DNA of 54,651 bases, taken from IMG/VR virus record IMGVR_UViG_3300032240_000649, positions 1-54,651 of that record; one strand, written 5' to 3'. Below the pieces are notes generated by a model that worked only from the letters and a program-made list of their open reading frames with translations, made no database searches and had not been told where the DNA came from. Position 1 is the stretch's first letter, and every line of letters starts with the position of its first letter. Below are positions 29,301 to 38,445 of the stretch, piece after piece. The stretch comes from a virus. Lineage: Duplodnaviria; Caudoviricetes. Position numbers and translations under genes: made by a program.

Positions 29301-32274
29301 GGCAGGCGTCAGCAATATTCGCCAATTGACGCCAGAAGAGAACATGCAGCGCACGGCTGTCATGACGGCTCTGGAAATTGCTGGTGAAGCCGCAGGCATC
29401 CCGGGTATGACTCGTTTGATGAAGGGCATCCCGCTCACTGGGAACACTGGCCAAATTGTCAACGCCGTCAAAAATTTTGGTGTTGGTTTGGGTAACGAGC
29501 AGGTGTCTGAACTTTTGACCACCACGGCCCAAATGGCTGCCGACAAGTGGCTAAGTTTTGGTTTGGGCAGGGACGCTACTCTGGCTGACTACACCAAGGC
29601 GCTGCAAGATACTGCGCTGGCCACCACAGCGGCTGTGGGCACTGCTGGGTCAATCTCGACCGCAACCCGCAACATGCAGGATCTGAAGAGCTACTCCAAT
29701 CCGTTCTCAACAAACACCGGTCTGGATACAATTTCCCCGACCGTTCCGTCATTGAAGCAGGCGGCCGCAACGCTTGGCCTTAGCGAATCTGATTTTGCAA
29801 CCATCCAGCGCAACGTCACCAACAGCGTGCGTGCTGGCAACGCATACATTGGATCGGCAGAAGACCTTATTTCACAGTCTTTGCAAGACAAAGGCATGTC
29901 GACTGTTAAGGCAGACGCAGTTGCTTCTATTCTTTCGCAAAAGCTTGAGACGGTCGCCGTTACGGACTTCTTGACAGCCAACGGTATTGACCCGGCCAAG
30001 ATCCCTGCGCTGACGCCTTTGATTCAGTCTCAGCTTGACCCCAACATCAACACTGCTGCTGCGGCAAAAAACATTGCGTCGATCTTTGCATCCGCCGGTA
30101 TGGACCCAGCCTTGGCTGGAAAAACCGCAAGCACGTTCTATTCAAACACTGTGGCGGCCCCAACCATCACGCAGGCCGATATTGACTTGTCAAATCAGCT
30201 CATGAAAAACGCCGGGCTTGAGGTTGGCAAGGTTTACATTTCGCCCAAAGGAACTACCACTACCGTCACTTCTACGCCGGGCACGACGGTCACCAACGAT
30301 CAGTTGCAAACCACATTTGGTACAACTGGCACGACTGGCACTACAACGACCACCGGCAACACTGCGGTTGGAACCGGCACTACTACTGGGACCACAACTG
30401 GAACCACTACCGGTGGCACTGCTGGAACCGGAACCACTACGGGTAGTGGCACTACAACCGGCGGAACAACTGGAACAACTACTGGCGGCACTACTGGAAC
30501 TTTTGCAACTACCGGCACTTTGACTGGTGGTGGCACTACGACCTCTACGGGCGGGACAACCGGAACCACAACGACCGGCGGCACTACCGGTACAACCACA
30601 GGTGGTACAACAACTGGCGGCACAACGACAGGCGGTACAACCACCGGCACGACTACTGGCACGACCACTGGCACGACCACTGGTGGGACCACTACGGGCA
30701 CTACCACCGGCGGAACTACGACTGGCACAACGACCACTGGCGGGACAAACACCGGAACAACCACTGGTACAACAACCGGAACGACAACTGGCACCCAGAC
30801 TGGTACTCAGACTGGCACGACTACTGGTACACAAACAGGCACCCAAACAGGAACGCAAACCGGGACACAAACCGGTACGCAGACCGGAACTCAGACCGGA
30901 ACTCAGACTGGAACGCAAACTGGAACCCAGACTGGTACAAACACGACCACTGCAAACACAATAACGCAGCAAAACCTGACTGACCTTCAAACCGCGTTGA
31001 ATACTCGTATTGGTGAATTGATCAGCCAAGGCGTGAATCAGCAAACTGCAATTCAGCAAGCCATCAAAGAAGTTCAAGGTCAAATTACGACCAACAACAC
31101 TGCGGTCAACACCCGCATCAATGATCTGATTGCTACTGGCTTGACTAATCAACAAGCCACCGAGGCTGCAATTAAAGAAACGCAGGGCAAGGTTACGAAC
31201 CTTGGAACGCAACTTGATACGCGCATCAATGACCTTGTTAAGCAAGGCATGACCAATCAAGAGGCAACCAACCAAGCTATTAAAGAAACGCAAAGTCAAG
31301 TCACGCAAACCAAACAAGAGCTGACTACTCAGATTGAAAAAACCAACGCGACGTTCAATCAGCGGGTCAACGAATTAGTTGAGCAAGGCAAGACTTATCA
31401 AGAGGCAACTCAGCAGGCGTTCAAGGAAACAAACCAAAGCATTGCAGACGTTCAGAAAGCGCAAGACGAGGCCAAGAAAGCTCAAGAAGAAGCTGCAAAA
31501 GCCGCACGCGCAAAAGAAGGCCAAGCCAAAACCGCAAGCAACCTTGCTCAGGCCGTGTCTTTGGCTGCTTTGCCAGCCGCTGCTGCTGCTGGAACTGACG
31601 AGACAACACCGTTCAAGAACATTGGTTTAAAAACAACCGGTGAATCTAAATTTGAAGGCCCGCTTGAGCAATACCTCAAGCTGGTGAAAGGAACCAACTA
31701 TGCACAAAAGCCAGCGGAAGCGCAGCAGCAGCAAACTCAACAACAAGTTCAGCAGGGGGCCAACGTGCAACAAGACCTATTGACCCCGCAACCGGAGCAG
31801 CCTGTGTCCGGATCTGACTACTTCAACTATGGCCAGCAAACTGACATTGACAAGCTATTGGCCGGTCAAGTCAATGAGACCAATACCATGCAAGCCAAAC
31901 GCGGCGGGTTGGCTACCCCGCTTTTTGCTGGTGGCGGCACAACCCGCTATGGTCGTTATGCAGGCGGCGGTTTGAACGTGATCAACCATTCTGGCAAAGC
32001 CCGTGTGGACTTCAGAACCGGCGATGCCGTAAGCGGACCCGGCGATGGCCAGTCTGACGACATCCCTGCAATGCTGGCTGACGGTGAATTTGTGTTCCCG
32101 GCTGACGTAGTTTCGGCTTTGGGAAATGGCTCAACAAAGGCCGGAAGCGATAAACTATACGACATGATGCATTCAATTCGGGCGTATCACCGGTCGGCTA
32201 AACCAGAGGACTTGCCGCCACCCGCGAAAAAGTCACCTCTGGATTATTTGAAAACTCGTAAGGCAAGGAGATAA
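26353..32274 (+). CDS. Giant (1973 aa) internal virion/ejection protein
   Basis: Gly/Ala-rich hydrophobic helices, coiled coils, Thr/Gly tract, and C-terminal xxGG motifs plus a GPGDGQSDDIPAMLADGEFV domain. Confidence 0.8.
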   Translation: MMGWVNNNIIKPAVNLVSSVVGGVVDLASSALKTVGDAIGSVVKTVGKTVEAVLKDPLPTLLQIGGSFIGIPPYVTAAVITAAKGGKLEDIAKSAAISYASTQILSNTEIGTTIGDTTKTWGNDFTNNMMKTFDLPPDTAVSIAKSATAALNSSVIGGINAAISGKSIATGITSGFTSGLVYSSTDSFFDSINKDPNWGFSDKAVSLMKGATSTALNTFISGKGDPAQAVGNYIAYAALNMGGTSLAQSAKDAYKLLTTDTEAAKAAQDKYTTLKADYDQKIKDGETLRTTINDESAAYKKVVDEQYNPYKEKLDGLIAENTTAVDDFNTNKKAYDDNKWAYDNYATKMSQLGYEASANEDGSNTYYKRVGGRYEMRDDGEGGQYRAYIPDGSIRDDEGNPTWRTVYDAPSQQSYADAANAAATKANAAADKYTSTKNAAEKLAADNKDMVDGLVASGKSIDTKMTDLQKIKDDVEKPNADGTNLAAKVKAASDAYQTKYDAWAKTKEAADRSAENYTKALAEAATRNATIDALNTGAIKATSKDADGNWTLSNGMTLTSDGKFIQDGKQAFTNTAGIPQAVLDFKAADGTKVDFNENAGRVMSTTDVQSVMKRDYNLDVSEDEAKKFAGTTYGTTDAKAMNDFTNQKVRDAYFQTVGAQPTDAQVTQIRATGGGGNDLLTSAKEFAVNGLDLPEDYKFPDTNAKISFGQAYAAARSAYGPNATFEWNGKKYTTENREEKIVRDDTAAAAAGKYDTQVSSYAKYKMLDNLSSPDFNPADLTKGEMSKFVDAYTNASPLQRAAMLKGSDSSTYKVIDTILNETARYNPTGQINTTYKGTTTGTISAYNPTGVEKILDSVRTGKDVLNAGLNIATADVAGVVTRGAQLLRDAIGLDNTTADKIQQMWSDSKDKSLKGLATDNQRVIAGGIASGLESVGAFATSGPVGALMTLGAIAANNSYQEGATTWIDNNGKAYSSKDEAARAAGVSNIRQLTPEENMQRTAVMTALEIAGEAAGIPGMTRLMKGIPLTGNTGQIVNAVKNFGVGLGNEQVSELLTTTAQMAADKWLSFGLGRDATLADYTKALQDTALATTAAVGTAGSISTATRNMQDLKSYSNPFSTNTGLDTISPTVPSLKQAAATLGLSESDFATIQRNVTNSVRAGNAYIGSAEDLISQSLQDKGMSTVKADAVASILSQKLETVAVTDFLTANGIDPAKIPALTPLIQSQLDPNINTAAAAKNIASIFASAGMDPALAGKTASTFYSNTVAAPTITQADIDLSNQLMKNAGLEVGKVYISPKGTTTTVTSTPGTTVTNDQLQTTFGTTGTTGTTTTTGNTAVGTGTTTGTTTGTTTGGTAGTGTTTGSGTTTGGTTGTTTGGTTGTFATTGTLTGGGTTTSTGGTTGTTTTGGTTGTTTGGTTTGGTTTGGTTTGTTTGTTTGTTTGGTTTGTTTGGTTTGTTTTGGTNTGTTTGTTTGTTTGTQTGTQTGTTTGTQTGTQTGTQTGTQTGTQTGTQTGTQTGTQTGTQTGTNTTTANTITQQNLTDLQTALNTRIGELISQGVNQQTAIQQAIKEVQGQITTNNTAVNTRINDLIATGLTNQQATEAAIKETQGKVTNLGTQLDTRINDLVKQGMTNQEATNQAIKETQSQVTQTKQELTTQIEKTNATFNQRVNELVEQGKTYQEATQQAFKETNQSIADVQKAQDEAKKAQEEAAKAARAKEGQAKTASNLAQAVSLAALPAAAAAGTDETTPFKNIGLKTTGESKFEGPLEQYLKLVKGTNYAQKPAEAQQQQTQQQVQQGANVQQDLLTPQPEQPVSGSDYFNYGQQTDIDKLLAGQVNETNTMQAKRGGLATPLFAGGGTTRYGRYAGGGLNVINHSGKARVDFRTGDAVSGPGDGQSDDIPAMLADGEFVFPADVVSALGNGSTKAGSDKLYDMMHSIRAYHRSAKPEDLPPPAKKSPLDYLKTRKARR
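30313..30950 (+). repeat. Thr/Gly low-complexity coding tract (TTGG, TTTG, TQTG units)
   Basis: Direct reading; 12-bp units with variable third positions. Confidence 0.9.
30990..31450 (+). repeat. Four ~37-44-aa helical repeats (TRINDLxxQGxTNQxATxxAIKE)
   Basis: Visible in the translation. Confidence 0.8.
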
Positions 32275-32276
32275 CC

Positions 32277-33323
32277 ATGGCATTAACTCAAGGATCGCCG
32301 CTGCCCGATATTACGCAAACCACAACGCGTACCGATCAGGCCCCCGATTACTACACCAATTATTTGTCCGGCTTGTCGCAGGCCGGGCAAACTGCCATGG
32401 CTCGCTCGCCGACTCAGTCGGTGGCCGGTTACGACCCCTTGCAGGTCATGGGCTACAACAACCTGCCTGCTGCAACAGAGTCGTACAAAACCGGGCTGAC
32501 GGCCGCTCAAAACACCGCAGCACAGGCAGCTCAGGGTATTACGCCTGAGCGCATCAATGCTTTGATGAACCCGTACACCACCAACGTGGTGGACGAGATG
32601 GCTCGCCTGTCCCAGCAGAACGTGCAACGCAACTTGCTGCCCACCATGAAGGCTGGTTTTGTCGGCACTGGTGGCATGGGCAGCCAACGCTACGCTGGCG
32701 CTCTTGGGCAGTCCATGGCGGACATCCAAGCCGGTTTGACGGGCCAACAGTACGGCGCATTATCAAAAGGCTACAGCGAGGCTCTGAAGGGCGCTTTGGA
32801 TGAGGCCCAACTGCAAAACCTAGCCGCTGGCACTCAGGGCAAGCTTGCGCAGCAAGAGCTGGACATGGGGTTAACCGGTGCCGGTGCTTTGACCAAGGCC
32901 GGTGCGGAGCGTCAGGCGTACCAACAAAGTCTACTCGACGCTCCCTTGAAAACGGCGACAGCATCGTCAGGACTCATGCGGGGCTACACCGTGCCGCAGT
33001 CGCAGGTCGAAAAGTTCGTGGGGCCAAAGGCTGGCTCTTACGGCACGTCGGACCTGTCAAACATTCTTGGCGTGTTGTCGGTGCTTGGAAGCGCCGCAGG
33101 CGGCAAGGGCCTTTCAACTGTGGCAACCGCTGGTGGCGACTTGATCAACTGGCTCAAAGGCGGCGGTGGCGGTGGCAACCAAGACCTTTTTGGCAATTTT
33201 AAAATTGACCCCAACGAATTTACCGGCGGCACAAATGCAAACGGCGTGCCTGTTTATTGGGACACAGCCACCGGCAAATACTACGGGACTGACGGCAAAG
33301 AAGTTCCTGTGACTGGAGATTGA
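32277..33323 (+). CDS. Internal virion/ejection protein
   Basis: Q/A/G-rich; MNPYTTNVVD motif; position after the giant protein. Confidence 0.7.
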   Translation: MALTQGSPLPDITQTTTRTDQAPDYYTNYLSGLSQAGQTAMARSPTQSVAGYDPLQVMGYNNLPAATESYKTGLTAAQNTAAQAAQGITPERINALMNPYTTNVVDEMARLSQQNVQRNLLPTMKAGFVGTGGMGSQRYAGALGQSMADIQAGLTGQQYGALSKGYSEALKGALDEAQLQNLAAGTQGKLAQQELDMGLTGAGALTKAGAERQAYQQSLLDAPLKTATASSGLMRGYTVPQSQVEKFVGPKAGSYGTSDLSNILGVLSVLGSAAGGKGLSTVATAGGDLINWLKGGGGGGNQDLFGNFKIDPNEFTGGTNANGVPVYWDTATGKYYGTDGKEVPVTGD

Positions 33324-33324
33324 T

Positions 33325-35199
33325 ATGTCAGAAAAGACGCAATCAGCCAGTTATTTGCCGGGCACTGACCCGGACATCGTCGAGGCCAACCGCCGCTATC
33401 AAGAGGCGCTGGACACGCTCACGCAATCGCTGGACACCCGCAAGAACCGGTACTTTGATCCGGTCATGCTGGCCATGGCTCAGGGCTTCTTGGCTCCCAC
33501 CCAGAGCGGCAGCTTTGGTGAATCGTTAGGCAACGTCGCTGGTAAGGTCGGACCTGCCGAAGCGGCTGCCATGAAAGAGCAGCAAGACATCGCCCAGCAA
33601 AAGCTTGGCGTGGCCACGCAAGGCCTTGAGCTTCAGCGCTTGAAGTCACGCGACGCCGAGCTGGCCAAGTACCTTGGCGAAGGCCCCACAGCAGGCCCAC
33701 AGGCGGCCCCTGTAGCCGGTCCGAAGGCTGGCCCCTTGTCTGGTGCTTTGGCAGGCCCTGCGGCCGCTCCTGAAGCTCCTCCTGCTGGTCCTTTGAGCGC
33801 CACCGGCCCGGCACAGACTGGTGCAGTGACCGTTCAACCACCTCCGGGCGCGATTAAAGTAACCCAAAATGATGGAACAGGCGCTGGCGCATTACCTGAG
33901 CCTGTCAAAACAATCACTCCGCAGGCGGTCAGCAAAGGCCCGTTGTCGGCTGGCGACAAGCCTGTCGGTTTTGAGAATGTTGAGGGAATTCAGGTTGCGC
34001 CTCCAAACTCCAACTTCATGTCGGCCCGTGACTACATTCGTTTGAACCGGTTCGACAAGACCAAGTCACCCGGCGACCTGATCAAGGAAGGCCAAGAGAT
34101 CGAGCAAAAGCGCTACCGCGACAAAGAAGGTGGCGTGCTGGATCTGGCCACCGGCAAATATTACCAGTACCCCACCGGCAAGACCGAGCAGATCCAGCTC
34201 TACGGTTATCCCGGCACTTACAACGTCGACGCACGCACGGCTGCGCAACTCAGCCTGTTTGCGGCAAACAACGACCCAAGGTATCACGATCTTGCGGAGC
34301 GCGTGGTCAAGGGTCCTGAGAAGCGCAAGCCTGAAGGTGAAGGCAAGCCTGCCGAAGGTGGCAAGGAAACCGAAGGCGGCAAGCCTGCCGGTGGCGGCAA
34401 ACCAGCAGAACCAGCTCGTATGAAGTCCAAAGAAGAGCTGGAGCTGGAGCAGGAAAAGAAAAAGAAGATGCAGGAAGCTGAGGTGTCTTCTGAGATTGAA
34501 GCTCGCAAAGACTTCAACCAGCGCAGGAAAGACGCTGACGAGACCATTACCACGGCCAACGTGTTCCGCCGCTTTGCGACCGATCCAAAAGCCAAAGACA
34601 TGTTTGGTATTTTGAACAACGACAAGGTCATGTCAGGTGTTGCCACGCTCGTGCGTGATGGCATCGGGCTGCCCGGCTTCACAGTGGGCACCAAGTCGAT
34701 TGAGGACATCATGCGCAACGCTGGTTTGAATGCGGCGGACCAAGCCAAGTACCGCACGTTCTTGATGTACGCAACGCAAATGCAATTGCAGCAATCCAAG
34801 TACATGAAGGGCGCGGTGTCAGACTTTGAGCAGCGCTTGATGGCCAACGCTGGTATCACCAACCAAGACACACCAGAGTCGATTCGCATCAAGGCCGACT
34901 TGTTGACGCGTCGTGCTCAGTTTGACCGCCGTGTAGCGAAGGCGTTCAAAGAGTCTAAGATGACCGCCGACGAGTTTTTGGATTCGGACAAGTACGACCA
35001 GATGCGCGACAAGTACAACGAGGACCTTTCGGACCTTGCGTCTGGCAGCAAGATTCTTGTTGCGCCTCCCAAGCCCGCCGCACCAGCAACAACTCCCGGA
35101 GCAGCGCCCGGGGCGGCACCCGGAGCCGGGCAACCAAGCGCCGGATTTATTCGTGACCCTGTGACTGGAGTGATCCGTCGCAAGAAGCCGGGGGAATAA
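33325..35199 (+). CDS. Internal virion/DNA transfer protein
   Basis: LAMAQGFLAPTQSGSFGESLG N-terminus, Pro/Ala linkers, KGAVSDFEQR motif. Confidence 0.7.
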   Translation: MSEKTQSASYLPGTDPDIVEANRRYQEALDTLTQSLDTRKNRYFDPVMLAMAQGFLAPTQSGSFGESLGNVAGKVGPAEAAAMKEQQDIAQQKLGVATQGLELQRLKSRDAELAKYLGEGPTAGPQAAPVAGPKAGPLSGALAGPAAAPEAPPAGPLSATGPAQTGAVTVQPPPGAIKVTQNDGTGAGALPEPVKTITPQAVSKGPLSAGDKPVGFENVEGIQVAPPNSNFMSARDYIRLNRFDKTKSPGDLIKEGQEIEQKRYRDKEGGVLDLATGKYYQYPTGKTEQIQLYGYPGTYNVDARTAAQLSLFAANNDPRYHDLAERVVKGPEKRKPEGEGKPAEGGKETEGGKPAGGGKPAEPARMKSKEELELEQEKKKKMQEAEVSSEIEARKDFNQRRKDADETITTANVFRRFATDPKAKDMFGILNNDKVMSGVATLVRDGIGLPGFTVGTKSIEDIMRNAGLNAADQAKYRTFLMYATQMQLQQSKYMKGAVSDFEQRLMANAGITNQDTPESIRIKADLLTRRAQFDRRVAKAFKESKMTADEFLDSDKYDQMRDKYNEDLSDLASGSKILVAPPKPAAPATTPGAAPGAAPGAGQPSAGFIRDPVTGVIRRKKPGE

Positions 35200-35200
35200 C

Positions 35201-36775
35201 ATGGCAAACAAGAACGTCGAAGCTTTTATCACCACCTACGGGCCTGTTGCACAGCAGGTCAGTAAAGAGATCAACGTCGACCCCAACGTGTTGGTTGGCC
35301 AGTGGGGCATGGAGAGCCGCTGGGGCCAGTCCGAGATGGCCAAGAAATACAACAACGTGGGCGGCATCAAAGATTTTAGCGGTACTGGCCACGAGGCCAA
35401 AGACAACAAGACCGGAGCTGTGGACAAGTACGTCAAGTTTGAGGACCCCGAGGTCTTCGGTATGTATTACGCCGACCAGATCAAGCGCAACTTCCCCAAC
35501 GCCGTGAACACCGGCCCTGATGTGGGCGCGTTCACTCGCGGCTTGGCGTCTGGCAAAAAAGGTTCGTACTTTGGAAACACGCCGATTGAGGAATACCAAT
35601 CGGCCTTGACCGGTGCTCAAAACGCCATCCCGCAAGACAAGCAGTTGCCTTTTGAGCCGACAGCAAAGCCTGAAGGTGAAACCAAGCAAGAGGGCGAAGG
35701 CGACATGGTTACGGCTGATGCGCCGCCACCCCCACCACCTCCGCCAGAGGGCGACAAGTCTGGTGCAAGCCCCGGTGAGCGCTTCCTTGGTGCTGCTCTT
35801 GGTACGGCTGCTGGCACGGTGTCTACCGGTGCTCAGGCCTACGGCGCTCAAAAAACATCCAGCGCGGTCAAACGTGCAGGGCTTGAAGAGGCCGCCAGAA
35901 TCGCAGCCCAGCAAAAGGCAGGTGTGGTCCCTCCTCCCGCAGGTGGCTTACCGGGTTCCACTCCCGGTGCAGCGCCCGGTCAAAGCATTATGCGCCAGCC
36001 CATTCCATCGGGCGGCCCTGACGCTGGCCGCATGGCCCCGGGTCAAACCGGCAACATGGTTTACAACTATGGCAAGGCGGCAAAACTGACTGACATTGAA
36101 GCTGGCCGCGCTTTGGATATGACCAAGGAAGCTGGTGGTGTTCATGACCTGACCACGCAGCGCCGAGAAAATCTGAACAAAATTCAGACCATGTTCCCCG
36201 GCGAAAAGTATGTTGAGAACCCACGCTTTGGCGGCTTGATGACTTTGGACCAAGGCGTTGGCAGTGGCCCTCGCGCCAGCTACAAGGTGCAAGGCCCAGT
36301 GTCAGATCTGCCCCCCGGCCACATGCCCGGCCCAGCAGCGCCAGCGGCACCCGGCACATTGGTACAGATACCAAAGCCCCAGCCCGTGCCAACCACGCCC
36401 CCGCCACCTACAATGGGCGCACGCATGATGTCTGGGCTTGACTCAGTCAACAGCATGTTCAAAAACATGATGCGGCCTGTGACGACCGCCGTGGGCACCG
36501 TTGGCAAGTACGCCTTGCCGCCCCTTGCCGGTCTTTCAGCAGGCCTTGACGTGGCTGAGATGGCGCACGAGTACGACAAGCCTCAAGACCAACGCGACTA
36601 CACCAAGCTGGGATTGAAGGGCGCAAGCCTGATTGGTGGCGGCCTGTCAATGTTCCCGCCCACTGCGCCGATTGGAATTCCGTTGTCGCTTGGCGCGTCT
36701 GCATACCAAGCTTACCGAGAAGACCCGGAATTCTTCAAGCAAAAAATGAAGGAGTACACCGGGTACTCCCCCTAA
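35201..36775 (+). CDS. Virion protein with N-terminal GH73/FlgJ-like glucosaminidase domain
   Basis: FITTYGPVAQQV...VLVGQWGMESRWGQS...NNVGGIK; Pro-rich linkers; C-terminal hydrophobic helices. Confidence 0.78.
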   Translation: MANKNVEAFITTYGPVAQQVSKEINVDPNVLVGQWGMESRWGQSEMAKKYNNVGGIKDFSGTGHEAKDNKTGAVDKYVKFEDPEVFGMYYADQIKRNFPNAVNTGPDVGAFTRGLASGKKGSYFGNTPIEEYQSALTGAQNAIPQDKQLPFEPTAKPEGETKQEGEGDMVTADAPPPPPPPPEGDKSGASPGERFLGAALGTAAGTVSTGAQAYGAQKTSSAVKRAGLEEAARIAAQQKAGVVPPPAGGLPGSTPGAAPGQSIMRQPIPSGGPDAGRMAPGQTGNMVYNYGKAAKLTDIEAGRALDMTKEAGGVHDLTTQRRENLNKIQTMFPGEKYVENPRFGGLMTLDQGVGSGPRASYKVQGPVSDLPPGHMPGPAAPAAPGTLVQIPKPQPVPTTPPPPTMGARMMSGLDSVNSMFKNMMRPVTTAVGTVGKYALPPLAGLSAGLDVAEMAHEYDKPQDQRDYTKLGLKGASLIGGGLSMFPPTAPIGIPLSLGASAYQAYREDPEFFKQKMKEYTGYSP

Positions 36776-36834
36776 TTCAAGCGGCTCTCCCCGCTTGGAT
36801 TGCCGTGGCTTTACCAGTTGCCTGCGGCATCCTT

Positions 36835-36867
36835 GATCCCCCCTCCTTCGCGGGAGGGGGTCTTTTT
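36835..36867 (+). terminator. Terminator at the convergence of the late and leftward operons
   Basis: CCCCCTCC-TTCGCG-GGAGGGGG followed by TCTTTTT. Confidence 0.85.
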
Positions 36868-37093
36868 ATGGACGTTGACTTTGTAGACCGTTGGCCACTT
36901 CGCGGTTCATGTGAGCCACGATAGTGACGCAGCGCTTGTGCTCTTCGGCAGCAATCAGCGGGCGCAATACAGCTTCGAGCTTCTCGGCAAACTGCACGAT
37001 GTCAACCTCATCAGCGATCAACGGATTTGGCCGCCTCTCGTCGCTGTAGAAAAACACTTGCTTGACCAGCTCTTCATTGAGGAATGATTTCAT
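36866..37093 (-). CDS. Hypothetical protein (MKSFLNEELV...)
   Basis: Last gene of the leftward operon; start taken at the internal Met. Confidence 0.65.
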   Translation of the reverse strand: MKSFLNEELVKQVFFYSDERRPNPLIADEVDIVQFAEKLEAVLRPLIAAEEHKRCVTIVAHMNREVANGLQSQRP

Positions 37094-37295
37094 TTTTGGA
37101 CTTCCATAGTTCCCAGTTGATAACAGTTTGTCGTGCCATTGCTCGATGCGCATGACCTTTATATGGGTTCAATTCGTCATCTAAAAAGGTCTCAACGACG
37201 CCTTCTTTTTTGAGCAGCATTTCATGACGTTCGGCCTCCCGTTGTGTTTCAAACAGGGACCCGTCCGAAGTTTGGTAGGCTTTGATTGGTTTCAT
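37074..37295 (-). CDS. Hypothetical protein (MKPIKAYQTSDG...)
   Basis: ATGA coupling to the exonuclease stop. Confidence 0.7.
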   Translation of the reverse strand: MKPIKAYQTSDGSLFETQREAERHEMLLKKEGVVETFLDDELNPYKGHAHRAMARQTVINWELWKSKNEIIPQ

Positions 37296-38053
37296 TGGTG
37301 TTGGTTCTTCAACTGCCAAAATTGTAAGAGAGACATAAACATGGCCCAGCCACGCTTGAGGTCCTCTTGCGACCATTCTTTGACGACCACCAGCCCGGGC
37401 ACGCTGCGCGATACAAACACGTTTGCACATCGGGCCTCTGGCATGCCCAAGCCAACCCGGTAGGCGGCAAGCTGCATCAGGTGCTCATCGTAGGCGTCAA
37501 CCTTCTTGGGGTCGTCAAACTCTTTGGTCTTGATGTCGGCCACCACGCCGGGCGCGTGCAAGTCAACCTTGCCACCAAACCCAGCCTCGTGGGCAAAGGC
37601 CCGTTCAGAAATCCATTCCAAGGCCCCAAATTCCTTCACCAAGGCCTTCGCGCAGCCTTCGACATGTGCATGGTGCTTGGTGACCGCTTGGCCCTCATAG
37701 AAGCCCTGTATCGAGGCGTGGATGTCCGTACCAGCATCGGCGGCGGCTCGGCCCTGCTCTTTACTGTCGTCCATGATGCGGGCGATGTAGTCGTCTTCCG
37801 GCTCGTTGTCAATGCGCGGCAGCGTGAGCGCGGCCAGCAGGACCTGCTTTTGGACCCACTGAATGAGCGCTGGCTTGGCCGCCACGTTCAGGATGGTGGT
37901 CACGCTGGGGACAAGACTCTCGGTGCGAGCGTCACGCAGGGTGGTGTTGCGCTCTTTGCCGTTCTTGCCCATGACGGTGTAACGGGGCACGCCGTCGCGG
38001 GTGTACCAGTGATTGCCTTCGCTGGCGCGGGGTTCTTTTGCTGTGATGGTCAT
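37292..38053 (-). CDS. PD-(D/E)XK exonuclease (phage recombination, Cas4/RecB-like)
   Basis: PSVTTIL, GTDIH, GGKVDL, ADIKT, QLAAY motifs. Confidence 0.85.
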   Translation of the reverse strand: MTITAKEPRASEGNHWYTRDGVPRYTVMGKNGKERNTTLRDARTESLVPSVTTILNVAAKPALIQWVQKQVLLAALTLPRIDNEPEDDYIARIMDDSKEQGRAAADAGTDIHASIQGFYEGQAVTKHHAHVEGCAKALVKEFGALEWISERAFAHEAGFGGKVDLHAPGVVADIKTKEFDDPKKVDAYDEHLMQLAAYRVGLGMPEARCANVFVSRSVPGLVVVKEWSQEDLKRGWAMFMSLLQFWQLKNQHQ

Positions 38054-38062
38054 ACGGTTCCT

Positions 38063-38443
38063 TTATTGAAGTCGCAAAAACTCGACGCAGTTTTTGTCGC
38101 GGTTGACGGTGGTGGTTACAGACCCAATGCCCCACATTTTTTGGGACACTGAGGTGCCAATACTTTGCACCATGTGCAGCTCATACGGACCCTTGGGGAC
38201 CTCGACAACGCCGCCGATGGGCATGTCTTTCAAAAACTGCCGCGCGTACTTGGAGCGCTCACCAAACACAAACTCGGTGTTGGTGGTGCGTTTCGTCGGC
38301 TCTTTGATCTCAAGGCTGCCGTGCTTGTTTCCCAATGGGTCAACGACCGCGTATTTGCACTTGATGCCATCCAGCAAAAGCAGCGCCCGCTTCAAGGCTT
38401 GCTGCTGCACTTGTGAAAGCTCGAATTCCAGTTGCTCTTTCAT
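38063..38443 (-). CDS. Hypothetical protein (MKEQLEFELS...)
   Basis: GAGG RBS before ATG 38443; the longer listed ORF overlaps real genes. Confidence 0.7.
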   Translation of the reverse strand: MKEQLEFELSQVQQQALKRALLLLDGIKCKYAVVDPLGNKHGSLEIKEPTKRTTNTEFVFGERSKYARQFLKDMPIGGVVEVPKGPYELHMVQSIGTSVSQKMWGIGSVTTTVNRDKNCVEFLRLQ

Positions 38444-38445
38444 AA

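Noticed and set aside
30313-30950. CRISPR array or non-coding satellite
   Set aside because: No repeat-spacer alternation; the units are in-frame codons with wobble variation.
37292-38053. Cas4/CRISPR-associated role
   Set aside because: No Fe-S cysteine cluster, cas genes or array; the context is phage recombination.
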